Assembly: GCA_043817345.1 (NCBI GenBank)
Contig: JBDRGZ010000008.1
Span: 1 to 40,942, forward strand
Origin: Patescibacteria group bacterium
Lineage (GTDB): Bacteria; Patescibacteriota; Patescibacteriia; UBA2196
Reading direction: 5' to 3'
DNA length: 40,942 nucleotides
The notes beneath the pieces were generated by a model that did not search any database, was not told where the DNA came from, and worked only from the letters and a program-made list of their open reading frames with translations. The translations under genes were made by a program, and so were the position numbers. Below, piece by piece: positions 18,202-26,316 of this stretch. How positions within the stretch are numbered: position 1 is the first letter of the stretch; the number at the start of each line of letters is the position of its first letter.

Positions 18202-18305
18202 CACTAATCCCCAAGAGAAGAAAATTCTTCTTAGGAATATTCGAGTCTAAACCAAAATAATCCTTAGAAAGAATCCCCATGCTCGTCGTCTCTTGGGAGT
18301 TAGTG
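18202..18305 (+). ncRNA. Candidate structured small RNA of unknown class
   Basis: A closing helix pairs 18202-18218 with 18289-18305 (15 Watson-Crick pairs, 1 G.U, 1 mismatch). It encloses two local hairpins (18218-18232 and 18233-18264) and a 24-nt single-stranded segment. The strand call rests only on the G.U pair. Confidence 0.3.
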
Positions 18306-18320
18306 AAAGCAATGGTTATA

Positions 18321-18348
18321 AAAAATTAGCTAAACTTAGCTAATTTTT
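18321..18348. terminator. Bidirectional intrinsic terminator (for the VanW gene on the minus strand and the candidate RNA on the plus strand)
   Basis: AAAAATTAGCTAA-AC-TTAGCTAATTTTT: a perfect palindromic stem flanked by A and T runs. Confidence 0.7.
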
Positions 18349-18409
18349 ATTTTTATTTCTCTTTTTTAAAATGTTTTATACCCAATGGTAACAAAATACA
18401 AAAGATTTG

Positions 18410-20275
18410 TCAAGGAAGCACCTCCTCTGTGCTAGTTGCTTGGGTTGTTGGGTCAATGCCTACCAAACAAACTGCTTGCCATGGACGATATTTAGAATAA
18501 AAGTTATCTTCTTTAATTTCACCATCTGAATAGAGAATCGTGCGTTTTAAATTTGCTTCTGCACCATTATGTGCAGATTCTGTGCAGTCTGTCTCTCCTG
18601 GTTCTAAATCTTCTGTTTCAAGATATTTTGTTGGACCCGGTGATGTAATATTATATATCACAGGATATCCAACAATAACTTCTCTACCGTCATCTTGGCC
18701 CCAAAACTCAAAAACAAGGTTAGTTCCTTCAACTTTTGTTTGTAATAATATATTGCCTGTAGTATCGTTTGTAAACCTAAAATCTGGATGTGGGCTATAA
18801 ATAGTCGCATCTGTGCCTGCTGGCTCGTAATACCCCACCCTATAAGCATGTGGGTAGCGCTCAGTAATTGGTAGACCTGTATCTAGGGCTAAACGAAACA
18901 TGGTTGTAGCTATTTGGCATAAACCTCCTCCATATTCTGGGATTGTCTTATTACCCTTAATAACTAACTCTGGTAAATATCCTGTTGCCGCATTAATTGC
19001 TCCCAGAGCTTGGTTTGTAGAAAACTCATCTCCTGGTTTTAAAATCAAACCATTAATAGCTTCTGCTCCTGTCCCAATGTTGTGCATCCTGTTATATGGT
19101 GAACCTGCAAAACTGGATTTACCTATTCCAATTAATTTTGTAATACCTAGTTCATTAACATCTTTAGTATCAACCATTGCTGGTACACTAGCTGTTAAAA
19201 TATATATTGTATTTTCATTCAAATCAATTAATTTATTTTCAAAAGTTTTAAGTGTTTGTTCAAAATCAATCTCTATTCCATCTTGTGATGATTGAAACTC
19301 TTTTACACGCCCATTATCTATTTCAAATTTTGCATTACGCGCTTCAATTTCAACTTCATTAATTGCAGGTTTTAGGAAATCATAAAATTTTTCTTCATTA
19401 AAACCAAGATATGTTTGTTTTTGTTCTTCATTCCATTTTAATTCCAATCCTTCCTTTATTGTTTCTTTCTGCATTACCCATTCTTTAACTAATGATTTTT
19501 TAAACCAACTACGTGTAATGGTTGCTTTTACAAAAAACTCTTGTCTTTCTAAAGTTAAATTAATATCTGGTAATAACTCTTCGGCTACTGTTAAAGATAT
19601 TTTGGGATCATAATTTTCTTTTTCTAATTCTATTGATTTAAATTCAAAAAATTCTAACTGTTCAGAAAAAGTTTGAATATATTTATCGTAATCTATTTTT
19701 TCTCCTTGTTTTCCAATAACAAAAACTGGTTCATTATTAAAATATTCAATATTTGTTTCTTTTGCTTCAATTAATAATTCATCAAAGTTGGTGGATAATA
19801 TATTCTTAATCTCTATCCTGTTAACACCTGTTCTGATTGGAATTTTGTTTTGAATGAATAATAGCTTGATACGTGTAAAGAAATTACTAAAGACACCATA
19901 TTCTCTTCCCAAACCAAAAGCATAGGTAAGCTGATCATTAAAATTCATGCTATATAGCTCATACGAAAGATCTGGATCAGTAGTTGAAACTTGAACCGGA
20001 AAGACATTAGCTTCTTTCCTCTCATATCTAAAGATAAAACCATTTTCATTTAATATGTTTGTTTTTTCTTGTAATTTATCATTAGCTTCCACATAGGTCA
20101 TGCCTGATAAATTAATTCCACCCACACTAATGCCTGGATAAAACTTACCATTATATATCTCTTGTAAAACAATAGCTACTACTCCCCAGACAATAATTAA
20201 AACCAAAAAAATGGTTAATGTTACAACTAACCAATATGGAGGTTTTACTTTTTGTTTTAGTGCATCAAACTCCAT
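18410..20275 (-). CDS. VanW-family protein with N-terminal membrane anchor
   Basis: The VanW core reads GGGLCQIATTMFRLALDTGLPITERYPHAYRVGYYEP. An N-terminal TM helix is present. 621 aa. Confidence 0.8.
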   Translation of the reverse strand: MEFDALKQKVKPPYWLVVTLTIFLVLIIVWGVVAIVLQEIYNGKFYPGISVGGINLSGMTYVEANDKLQEKTNILNENGFIFRYERKEANVFPVQVSTTDPDLSYELYSMNFNDQLTYAFGLGREYGVFSNFFTRIKLLFIQNKIPIRTGVNRIEIKNILSTNFDELLIEAKETNIEYFNNEPVFVIGKQGEKIDYDKYIQTFSEQLEFFEFKSIELEKENYDPKISLTVAEELLPDINLTLERQEFFVKATITRSWFKKSLVKEWVMQKETIKEGLELKWNEEQKQTYLGFNEEKFYDFLKPAINEVEIEARNAKFEIDNGRVKEFQSSQDGIEIDFEQTLKTFENKLIDLNENTIYILTASVPAMVDTKDVNELGITKLIGIGKSSFAGSPYNRMHNIGTGAEAINGLILKPGDEFSTNQALGAINAATGYLPELVIKGNKTIPEYGGGLCQIATTMFRLALDTGLPITERYPHAYRVGYYEPAGTDATIYSPHPDFRFTNDTTGNILLQTKVEGTNLVFEFWGQDDGREVIVGYPVIYNITSPGPTKYLETEDLEPGETDCTESAHNGAEANLKRTILYSDGEIKEDNFYSKYRPWQAVCLVGIDPTTQATSTEEVLP

Positions 20276-20518
20276 TTAATTTTGTAAAATCTCGTTAATT
20301 AATTCTTTAGCAAGTTTTTTTCTTTCTTCTTCTTTGCTAATAGAAGACGATATTGTTACACGTACCTTTGAACCTTGCTCAACATCTTCTGGTAAATCTT
20401 TAATTGGCCAGTTTATTTTTTGATTATCCTCCAAAACCAAAACAGCCAACTTATCTTCAAACTTTTTTATTACAGCTGACTGTTCATATTTATTATTTTT
20501 TATATTTTCATCCTGCAT
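20276..20518 (-). CDS. DUF3006-like small protein
   Basis: 80 aa. KLAVLVLEDNQKINWPIKDLPEDVEQGSKVRVTI plus a charged C-terminal helix matches the DUF3006 pattern. It abuts the VanW gene. Confidence 0.55.
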   Translation of the reverse strand: MQDENIKNNKYEQSAVIKKFEDKLAVLVLEDNQKINWPIKDLPEDVEQGSKVRVTISSSISKEEERKKLAKELINEILQN

Positions 20519-20532
20519 GTCTATATTTTAAT

Positions 20533-21021
20533 CTATTCACTTGTAACTTTTACAGCTACTGATTTAGATTTTTTAGATTTAGGTAATATTAAAGTTAAAA
20601 CACCATTCTTCAAAGAAGCTTCCGTATCATCAGCTACAACTTCTGTTGGCAATATTACAGAACGGGAAAATTCTCCCCAGTAACATTCTTGATAGAAATA
20701 ATCTTCTTCTTTTATACTTTCATCCTGTCTTCTGGATCCACGAATCGTTACCATATCATTATCTATCGCAACATCAATATCTTCTGGTTTAACACCTGCA
20801 ATAGTAGATTTGATAATAATATCATCTTTGGTCTGAAAAACGTCAATAGATAATTGACCTTCAGTCTCTTCTTTGTTTATCCAGTCACTATCTTGTACAA
20901 CTTCACCTGTATCAGGCAAAATTTCTTGTTCATCTGAAGATTGTTCTTCTACTTCTAAAATCTCTTCTTGTTTTAATTCTTCGTCATTATTGTTTTTTGA
21001 AACTTTAGTAAAAAAAGCCAT
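20533..21021 (-). CDS. Hsp20/alpha-crystallin small heat-shock protein with acidic N-terminal region
   Basis: The alpha-crystallin domain shows QLSIDVFQTKDDIIIKSTIAGVKPEDIDV...VTIRG...GEFSRSVILP...ASLKNGVLTLILPK. Confidence 0.85.
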   Translation of the reverse strand: MAFFTKVSKNNNDEELKQEEILEVEEQSSDEQEILPDTGEVVQDSDWINKEETEGQLSIDVFQTKDDIIIKSTIAGVKPEDIDVAIDNDMVTIRGSRRQDESIKEEDYFYQECYWGEFSRSVILPTEVVADDTEASLKNGVLTLILPKSKKSKSVAVKVTSE

Positions 21022-21107
21022 ATTTTTAAAACTTTTAATCCAAAATGCTCTAGATTAAATTAATTTAATTTTTTATATTCCTAATTATACCATTTTTATA
21101 AAAAAAC

Positions 21108-21128
21108 ACAAAAACCGCAGGTTTTTGT
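21108..21128 (-). terminator. Intrinsic terminator after tRNA-Leu(TAA)
   Basis: ACAAAAACC-GCA-GGTTTTTGT: a 9-bp stem. On the minus strand a T run follows it. Confidence 0.65.
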
Positions 21129-21158
21129 TGGATATATTAAAATTATAATAAATTTATC

Positions 21159-21243
21159 TGGTGCCCGGGGCGGGAATCGAACCCGCACTCCCGAAAGAAC
21201 AGGATTTTAAGTCCTGCGTGTCTACCAATTTCACCACCCGGGC
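21159..21243 (-). tRNA. tRNA-Leu (anticodon TAA), CCA encoded
   Basis: The reverse complement reads GCCCGGGTGGTGAAATTGGTAGACACGCAGGACTTAAAATCCTGTTCTTTCGGGAGTGCGGGTTCGATTCCCGCCCCGGGCACCA. It has a long variable arm. Confidence 0.92.
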
Positions 21244-21247
21244 ATGT

Positions 21248-21694
21248 TTATTTAATTAATTCAAATATTACTATTCCTGTAGCAATTCCTACATTTAAAG
21301 ATTCTTTTTTACCATGCATAGGTATTTCTAAAATCCAATCTACTAGGTCTAAAATTTTTTTAGGCAATCCTTTTACTTCGCTTCCTAAAATTAAAACTGT
21401 TTTTTTATTCTTTTTAGATTTAAATTTAAAGTAGGGAATACTATCTTTAGACTGTTCTAAAGCCAGAATAGTATATTTTTGTTTTTTTAAATTTTTAATA
21501 AGCCTAACTGTTTGTTTATGAAATTCAAATGAGACAGTTTTTTCTGCGTCTAACGCAACTTTATCAATTTTAGGATGTGGTGGTTGTGGGGTTATTCCAC
21601 ATAGATATATTTTGTCAATTCCACCCGCATCTGCAGTTCTAAAAATTGCACCCACATTAAATCTTGAACGTATGTTATATAGGATTAACTGCAT
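21248..21694 (-). CDS. SpoU/TrmH-family RNA 2'-O-methyltransferase (small, TrmL-like size)
   Basis: 148 aa with NVGAIFRTADAGG, LILGSEVKGL and IPMHGKKESLNVGIATGIVIFE (SPOUT knot motifs). Confidence 0.8.
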   Translation of the reverse strand: MQLILYNIRSRFNVGAIFRTADAGGIDKIYLCGITPQPPHPKIDKVALDAEKTVSFEFHKQTVRLIKNLKKQKYTILALEQSKDSIPYFKFKSKKNKKTVLILGSEVKGLPKKILDLVDWILEIPMHGKKESLNVGIATGIVIFELIK

Positions 21695-21707
21695 AAAATA
21701 TATTTTT

Positions 21708-21736
21708 ATTCTACATATTTTGATTGTTTATGTCAA
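21708..21736 (-). promoter_or_regulatory. Consensus-like promoter TTGACA-N17-TAGAAT for the TrmH-tRNA-Leu unit
   Basis: Read on the minus strand, 14 nt upstream of the TrmH ATG. Confidence 0.55.
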
Positions 21737-21742
21737 CATAAA

Positions 21743-21762
21743 AACTTCTTTTATAAGAAGTT
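21743..21762 (-). terminator. Intrinsic terminator after tRNA-Gly
   Basis: AACTTCTT-TTAT-AAGAAGTT: an 8-bp stem followed by TTTTTAT on the minus strand. Confidence 0.55.
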
Positions 21763-21766
21763 CTTA

Positions 21767-21841
21767 TGGAGCGGGTAAGGGGAGTTGAACCCCTATCATC
21801 AGGTTGGAAACCTGAGATAATAGCCATTATACGATACCCGC
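21767..21841 (-). tRNA. tRNA-Gly (anticodon TCC), CCA encoded
   Basis: The reverse complement reads GCGGGTATCGTATAATGGCTATTATCTCAGGTTTCCAACCTGATGATAGGGGTTCAACTCCCCTTACCCGCTCCA. Confidence 0.92.
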
Positions 21842-21848
21842 AATATAT

Positions 21849-22229
21849 TTAGTTTTCTAAATACCAACCACAATTATCTTTAATGCATCCACAAGCATAA
21901 TGATCTTTATCTGGGGCATTTTCTAAAACTTCACAAGTTGAAATAATTCCTTCTTCGGAGGTACAAATTTCTTTTGAACATCCTTGGGCATCACAGTCTT
22001 TGTCCTGAGAACACAACCCTTTACTAAATCTAGAATTACCAGAATAAAATTCACTAGGCACTTTTGACATATCACGAATTTGAATATCAATATTATCACT
22101 ATTAAAACTATCAGACACTTTTAAATCTGAATTTATCTGGTTTGTTTTTGGCGTCAGAAAAACAAAAGAGATAATAACTAATACTACTATAGCAACAATA
22201 AAAATTAAAAATTGTATTTTTTTACCCAT
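21849..22229 (-). CDS. Small membrane-anchored/secreted protein with a C-terminal eight-cysteine domain
   Basis: MGKKIQFLIFIVAIVVLVIISFVFL is a signal/anchor sequence. The C-terminal part is CSQDKDCDAQGCSKEICTSEEGIISTCEV...ACGCIKDNCGWYLEN, with 8 Cys. The start is set at ATG 22229 because the tracked ORF's first 17 codons overlap tRNA-Leu. Confidence 0.65.
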   Translation of the reverse strand: MGKKIQFLIFIVAIVVLVIISFVFLTPKTNQINSDLKVSDSFNSDNIDIQIRDMSKVPSEFYSGNSRFSKGLCSQDKDCDAQGCSKEICTSEEGIISTCEVLENAPDKDHYACGCIKDNCGWYLEN

Positions 22230-22239
22230 ACTAATTATC

Positions 22240-22323
22240 TGCCGGAGAGAGGACTTGAACCTCCACAGGATTGCTCCCACCTGGTCCTAAGCCAGGCGCG
22301 TCTACCAATTCCGCCACTCCGGC
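22240..22323 (-). tRNA. tRNA-Leu (anticodon TAG), no encoded CCA
   Basis: The reverse complement reads GCCGGAGTGGCGGAATTGGTAGACGCGCCTGGCTTAGGACCAGGTGGGAGCAATCCTGTGGAGGTTCAAGTCCTCTCTCCGGCA. Confidence 0.92.
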
Positions 22324-22373
22324 GTTTTTTCTTTTCTTGATTACATAATATATTAAATGTAAAAAAAAATCAA

Positions 22374-22402
22374 TTGATTTCTACACATATAAATGATAGA
22401 AT
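22374..22402 (+). promoter_or_regulatory. Promoter TTGATT-N17-TAGAAT upstream of yebC
   Basis: Motif and spacing are read directly. The -35 element is the right half of the 12-nt palindrome AATCAATTGATT (22368-22379). Confidence 0.5.
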
Positions 22403-22428
22403 AAAAATATATTTAAGAAACGAAATAT

Positions 22429-23181
22429 ATGTCAGGACACTCAAAGTGGTCAAAAATTAAACACAAGAAAGATGCAGCTGATCAAAAACGTGGCGCAAGC
22501 TTTACTAAACTTGGGAATGCCATTACATTAGCAGCAAAAAAAGGTGGGGACCCAGAAATGAATTTTTCACTACGTTTAGCAATAGATAGTGCTAAATCTG
22601 CAAATCTACCCAAGGACAATATTGAACGAGCAATTAAACGAGGTACAGGTGAATTGGGCGGTGCTCAATTAGAAGAAAACACATATGAAGGATTTGGGCC
22701 AGGTAAAATTGGTATAATTATTGAAACACTAACAGATAACAAAAACAGGACCGTAGCTGAAATTAAACATACACTAGATAAAAATGGTGGGTCCTTGGGT
22801 GGGCCAGGAACTGTTGTGTGGATGTTTGATAGATTAGGCATCCTAAATATTAAAAAGGATGGATTAGACAAAGATGAATTAGAATTAAAAGCTATTGATG
22901 CAGGGGCAGAGGATATACAAGACGATGAAGAATACATAGTTATTTACACCAAACCAGAAGAATTACAAAAAGTTAAAGAAAATTTAGAAAAAGAAAATAT
23001 TAAAATTAAATCAGCAGAAATTGAATATATTGCTAAAGAAAAACTTGTCCGTCGAAGTACAGGTGTTGTTAGTGGCGAAGGCGGGAAAGAAGCCAATGAA
23101 GAGTTAGAAGAAAAATTACAAAAATTCTTTGATATATTAGATGAGAACGAAGACATTATGAACTACTATACTAACGTTTAA
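22429..23181 (+). CDS. yebC: YebC/PmpR-family DNA-binding regulator
   Basis: MSGHSKWSKIKHKKDAADQKRGASFTKL...AKKGGDPEMNFSLRLAIDSAKSANLPKDNIERAIKRG is the family signature. 250 aa. Confidence 0.9.
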   Translation: MSGHSKWSKIKHKKDAADQKRGASFTKLGNAITLAAKKGGDPEMNFSLRLAIDSAKSANLPKDNIERAIKRGTGELGGAQLEENTYEGFGPGKIGIIIETLTDNKNRTVAEIKHTLDKNGGSLGGPGTVVWMFDRLGILNIKKDGLDKDELELKAIDAGAEDIQDDEEYIVIYTKPEELQKVKENLEKENIKIKSAEIEYIAKEKLVRRSTGVVSGEGGKEANEELEEKLQKFFDILDENEDIMNYYTNV

Positions 23182-23186
23182 AAACC

Positions 23187-23684
23187 ATGCCAGACAAAAA
23201 ACCAAAAACTATTTTAGGTATTGATCCTGGTTATGCAAGGGCTGGTTGGTCAATTCTAGAAAGTTCTGGACAAAATTTAAAATTAATAGATTGTGGTTGT
23301 TTAGAAACAACAAAAGAAACTCAACACGCAACGAGATTAAAATTTCTACACACAGAGCTGAATAAGATAATTAGGAAATACAAACCAGAGATTCTGTCTG
23401 TTGAAGATCTGTTCTTTTTTAAAAATTTAAAAACAGCCATTAAAGTAGCTGAAGCTCGTGGAGTAATATTAATAACAGCAATTGAAAATGACCTGGAAAT
23501 TAAAGAATTTACTCCTTTACAAATTAAACAAGCCCTGGTTGGATATGGTCGTGCAGAAAAAAAACAAATTCAACAAATGGTTAAAATGATTTTAAATTTA
23601 GAAAAAATTCCACAACCAGACGATGCAGCCGATGCTATTGCTGTAGCGATAACGTGTGTAAATTCCACAAAAAAATATGGATAG
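23187..23684 (+). CDS. ruvC: Crossover junction endodeoxyribonuclease RuvC
   Basis: ILGIDPGYARAGWSI...VEDLFFFKN...GYGRAEKKQIQQMV...DDAADAIAVA gives the catalytic D/E/D/D context. 165 aa. Confidence 0.9.
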   Translation: MPDKKPKTILGIDPGYARAGWSILESSGQNLKLIDCGCLETTKETQHATRLKFLHTELNKIIRKYKPEILSVEDLFFFKNLKTAIKVAEARGVILITAIENDLEIKEFTPLQIKQALVGYGRAEKKQIQQMVKMILNLEKIPQPDDAADAIAVAITCVNSTKKYG

Positions 23685-24774
23685 AAAAACAAAAATACAA
23701 GAATTAATTAAAACAACTAAACAAGTTTTTAAAGATTGCTCTTTACCTAATGGTGCAATCATAGCCGCCAATGCAGACTTACCATACTACCCAAAGCGTG
23801 CAGCAGATTATCGTTTTGTTTGGCCACGTGATGCTGCTTTTATTTGTATGGCAGCACAAAAACTTGGTTTGAAAATTCAAGAACCTTTTTTTACATGGCT
23901 AGAAGACAGACCAGAAAGATTTAAAAAAGAAAAACTACTTTTTCAAAATTATGTACCTAACGGAAAAATGCGCTGGGGCGCCTTTCAGCCCGACCAAGCT
24001 GGAACATGTTTGTGGGCCATACATGAATATTACAAAAAAGATTTACCGCAAGCTTTAAAATTTGACAATTTAATTACACGTCTAGCCACAGGATTAGCTC
24101 GTGATTGGGACAATAATCATTTCTATCACCATACAATGGATTTATGGGAAGAAGGTGGCAGACGAACCTCTTCTGTATATTTAAATAACCATACATACTC
24201 TCTAGCTGCATGCGCCAAAGGTCTAGAACTTGCCAACAAAATCATTCCAAACAAAGAATGGGAAGAAAAATCAAAAGAAATGAAAAAAAGAATTGATTTT
24301 GCGTACGATCAGCGTGCAGGTAGGTTTTTACGCAACAAAGGTAATGAAACAGCTGACTGGAATGTGGATGCCTCACTGCTTGGCATTGTTTGGCCATTTG
24401 AAATTATTTCTAAAGATGACCCGCGTTTTATTAATACTATTAAAAAAATTGAAGAAGAAATTGTTATCTTAGGTGGCGTACATCGCTTTGAAAATGATAT
24501 GTATGACGGGGAAGGAAGTGGAAATGAAGGAGGTGGGGCGTGGCCTTTACTAAACTTCTGGTTTAGTGTATACTGGAGCGTTGCTGAAGATAGAGTAAAG
24601 GCCGAAGAATACTTCAATTGGGTACTAGATAAACTAGAAGAAGACGATTATGGAAACTTTATTCCAGAACAAATATTTGAAGATAATCTTCGTCGCGGAG
24701 TTTATCCATTAGCCTGGGGCCACGCTATGTTTATCTTAGCTGTCGACAAGCTTTATCCTGAGTTATTAAAATAA
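23677..24774 (+). CDS. Glycoside hydrolase family 15-like (glucoamylase/glucodextranase-type catalytic domain only)
   Basis: VWPRDAAFI, the general-acid context MDLWEEGG, and an (alpha/alpha)6-type repeat pattern are present. It overlaps ruvC by 8 nt. Confidence 0.7.
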   Translation: MDRKTKIQELIKTTKQVFKDCSLPNGAIIAANADLPYYPKRAADYRFVWPRDAAFICMAAQKLGLKIQEPFFTWLEDRPERFKKEKLLFQNYVPNGKMRWGAFQPDQAGTCLWAIHEYYKKDLPQALKFDNLITRLATGLARDWDNNHFYHHTMDLWEEGGRRTSSVYLNNHTYSLAACAKGLELANKIIPNKEWEEKSKEMKKRIDFAYDQRAGRFLRNKGNETADWNVDASLLGIVWPFEIISKDDPRFINTIKKIEEEIVILGGVHRFENDMYDGEGSGNEGGGAWPLLNFWFSVYWSVAEDRVKAEEYFNWVLDKLEEDDYGNFIPEQIFEDNLRRGVYPLAWGHAMFILAVDKLYPELLK

Positions 24775-24824
24775 AAAGAATTGATTGAAACTCCGTCACC
24801 TAAAAACATTCACGGTATTTTTTT

Positions 24825-26315
24825 ATGTCTAAAATGAAACTTAAAATTGCCTCTGTTTCTGCTGAACTTAATCCATACTCTCAGACAGGAGGGCTAGCAG
24901 ATATTGCTTATTCCCTACCCAAGGCACTGAAACACCGAGGCCATAACGTGATTACAATTACCCCTCTCTATCAGGGTGCCATTGATGTTAAAAAACACAA
25001 TCTAAAAAAGATTTTTGAAAACATTACGATCATCATTGACGATGATAATAAAGAAAAAGTAAACATATGGCAGGGCTATCTCGAAGATGACCTGCCTGTA
25101 TATTTTATAGAAAACAAAAAATTCTTTTCAGATTGTCCTACCAGGAAAGATATATATAAATCAAAACACGAAAACGCAAAATTTGTGTTATTTAACTTAG
25201 CAGCTATAAAACTTTTAATAAAACTTGGTTTTAAAGCAGACATTATTCAATGCCACGACTGGCATACTGGTTTAATTCCATACTTCCTAAAACGTGATTT
25301 TAAAAAATCAGAAACATTAAAAAATACTGCTACTGTTTTTACTATTCATAATTTAACTTTTCAGTTTGGTAAAAACTGGTGGGAAACTCCTGAAGAAAAA
25401 AGAGATAAATGTAAAAACGGCCTTCCAAAATTTGATAGTGAAGAAATTGAATATATTAATTTTGCCAAAAGAGCAATTTTAAATTCTGATGTTATTAACG
25501 CCGTCTCGGAACAATATGCTAAAGAAATAATGACTAAAGACTTTGGTGAAGATTTACATGTTGTTTTAAAAAACCGTAAAAAGAAAATCTTTGGTATAGT
25601 TAATGGTATTGACTATAAAGACTACAACCCAGAAATCGATCCCGGACTACACACAAATTTCAACTACAACTCTTTTAATATAAAACAAAAAAACAAAAAA
25701 CATATCCAGAAACTTTTTGGTTTACCACAAGAAAAAGATATCCCATTATTCTGTACGGCATCTCGTATCGCAGAACAAAAAGGATTTAATTTAATCAAAG
25801 ATATTTCTGACATCATCTTTCGTTTTGATTTACAATTAATCATGATGGGCGATGGTGATGAAAAACTAATTAAACACTTAAAAGAATTACAAAAAAAATA
25901 TCCTAAAAAATTAGTTCACACTCCTTTTGAAACAAACAGAGACAAGGAAACTTCTTTGTTTGCAGGTAGTGACCTAATTTTAATCCCGTCTCGCTTTGAG
26001 CCTTGTGGTTTAACTCAAATGAAAAGCATGCGTTATGGGTGTGTACCAATCACCAGACATGTGGGTGGCTATGTAGACACTATTGTTAACTATAACCCTA
26101 AAAAACAGACTGGTAATGGTTTTTCTTTTGAGCTATATGATTCACGTTCTATGGCCATAGCTATTTCACGTGCAATTGAAACATATAAGCGAGAAAAAGA
26201 ATGGGAAAAGCTGGTTGAAAAAGTTATGAAACAAAGTTTTTCTTGGGAATACCCTGCCAGAAAATATATTAAATTATACAAAGCCGCTTTAAAGAACAAA
26301 AAAGAAAATAAATAG
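24825..26315 (+). CDS. glgA: Glycogen/starch synthase (GT5)
   Basis: KIASVSAELNPYSQTGGLADIAYSLPKAL is the KxGGL-type motif. HDWHTG, NGIDY..YNP and PSRFEPCGLTQM are also present. 496 aa. Confidence 0.88.
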   Translation: MSKMKLKIASVSAELNPYSQTGGLADIAYSLPKALKHRGHNVITITPLYQGAIDVKKHNLKKIFENITIIIDDDNKEKVNIWQGYLEDDLPVYFIENKKFFSDCPTRKDIYKSKHENAKFVLFNLAAIKLLIKLGFKADIIQCHDWHTGLIPYFLKRDFKKSETLKNTATVFTIHNLTFQFGKNWWETPEEKRDKCKNGLPKFDSEEIEYINFAKRAILNSDVINAVSEQYAKEIMTKDFGEDLHVVLKNRKKKIFGIVNGIDYKDYNPEIDPGLHTNFNYNSFNIKQKNKKHIQKLFGLPQEKDIPLFCTASRIAEQKGFNLIKDISDIIFRFDLQLIMMGDGDEKLIKHLKELQKKYPKKLVHTPFETNRDKETSLFAGSDLILIPSRFEPCGLTQMKSMRYGCVPITRHVGGYVDTIVNYNPKKQTGNGFSFELYDSRSMAIAISRAIETYKREKEWEKLVEKVMKQSFSWEYPARKYIKLYKAALKNKKENK

Positions 26316-26316
26316 T

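Noticed and set aside
18900-19295. 131-aa plus-strand ORF, with other short ORFs at 18540-18849
   Set aside because: They are antisense to the VanW-family gene, whose conserved core is encoded on the opposite strand here.
22230-22280. First 17 codons of the tracked 143-aa ORF
   Set aside because: They overlap tRNA-Leu(TAG). The signal-anchor sequence starts at the internal Met (22229).
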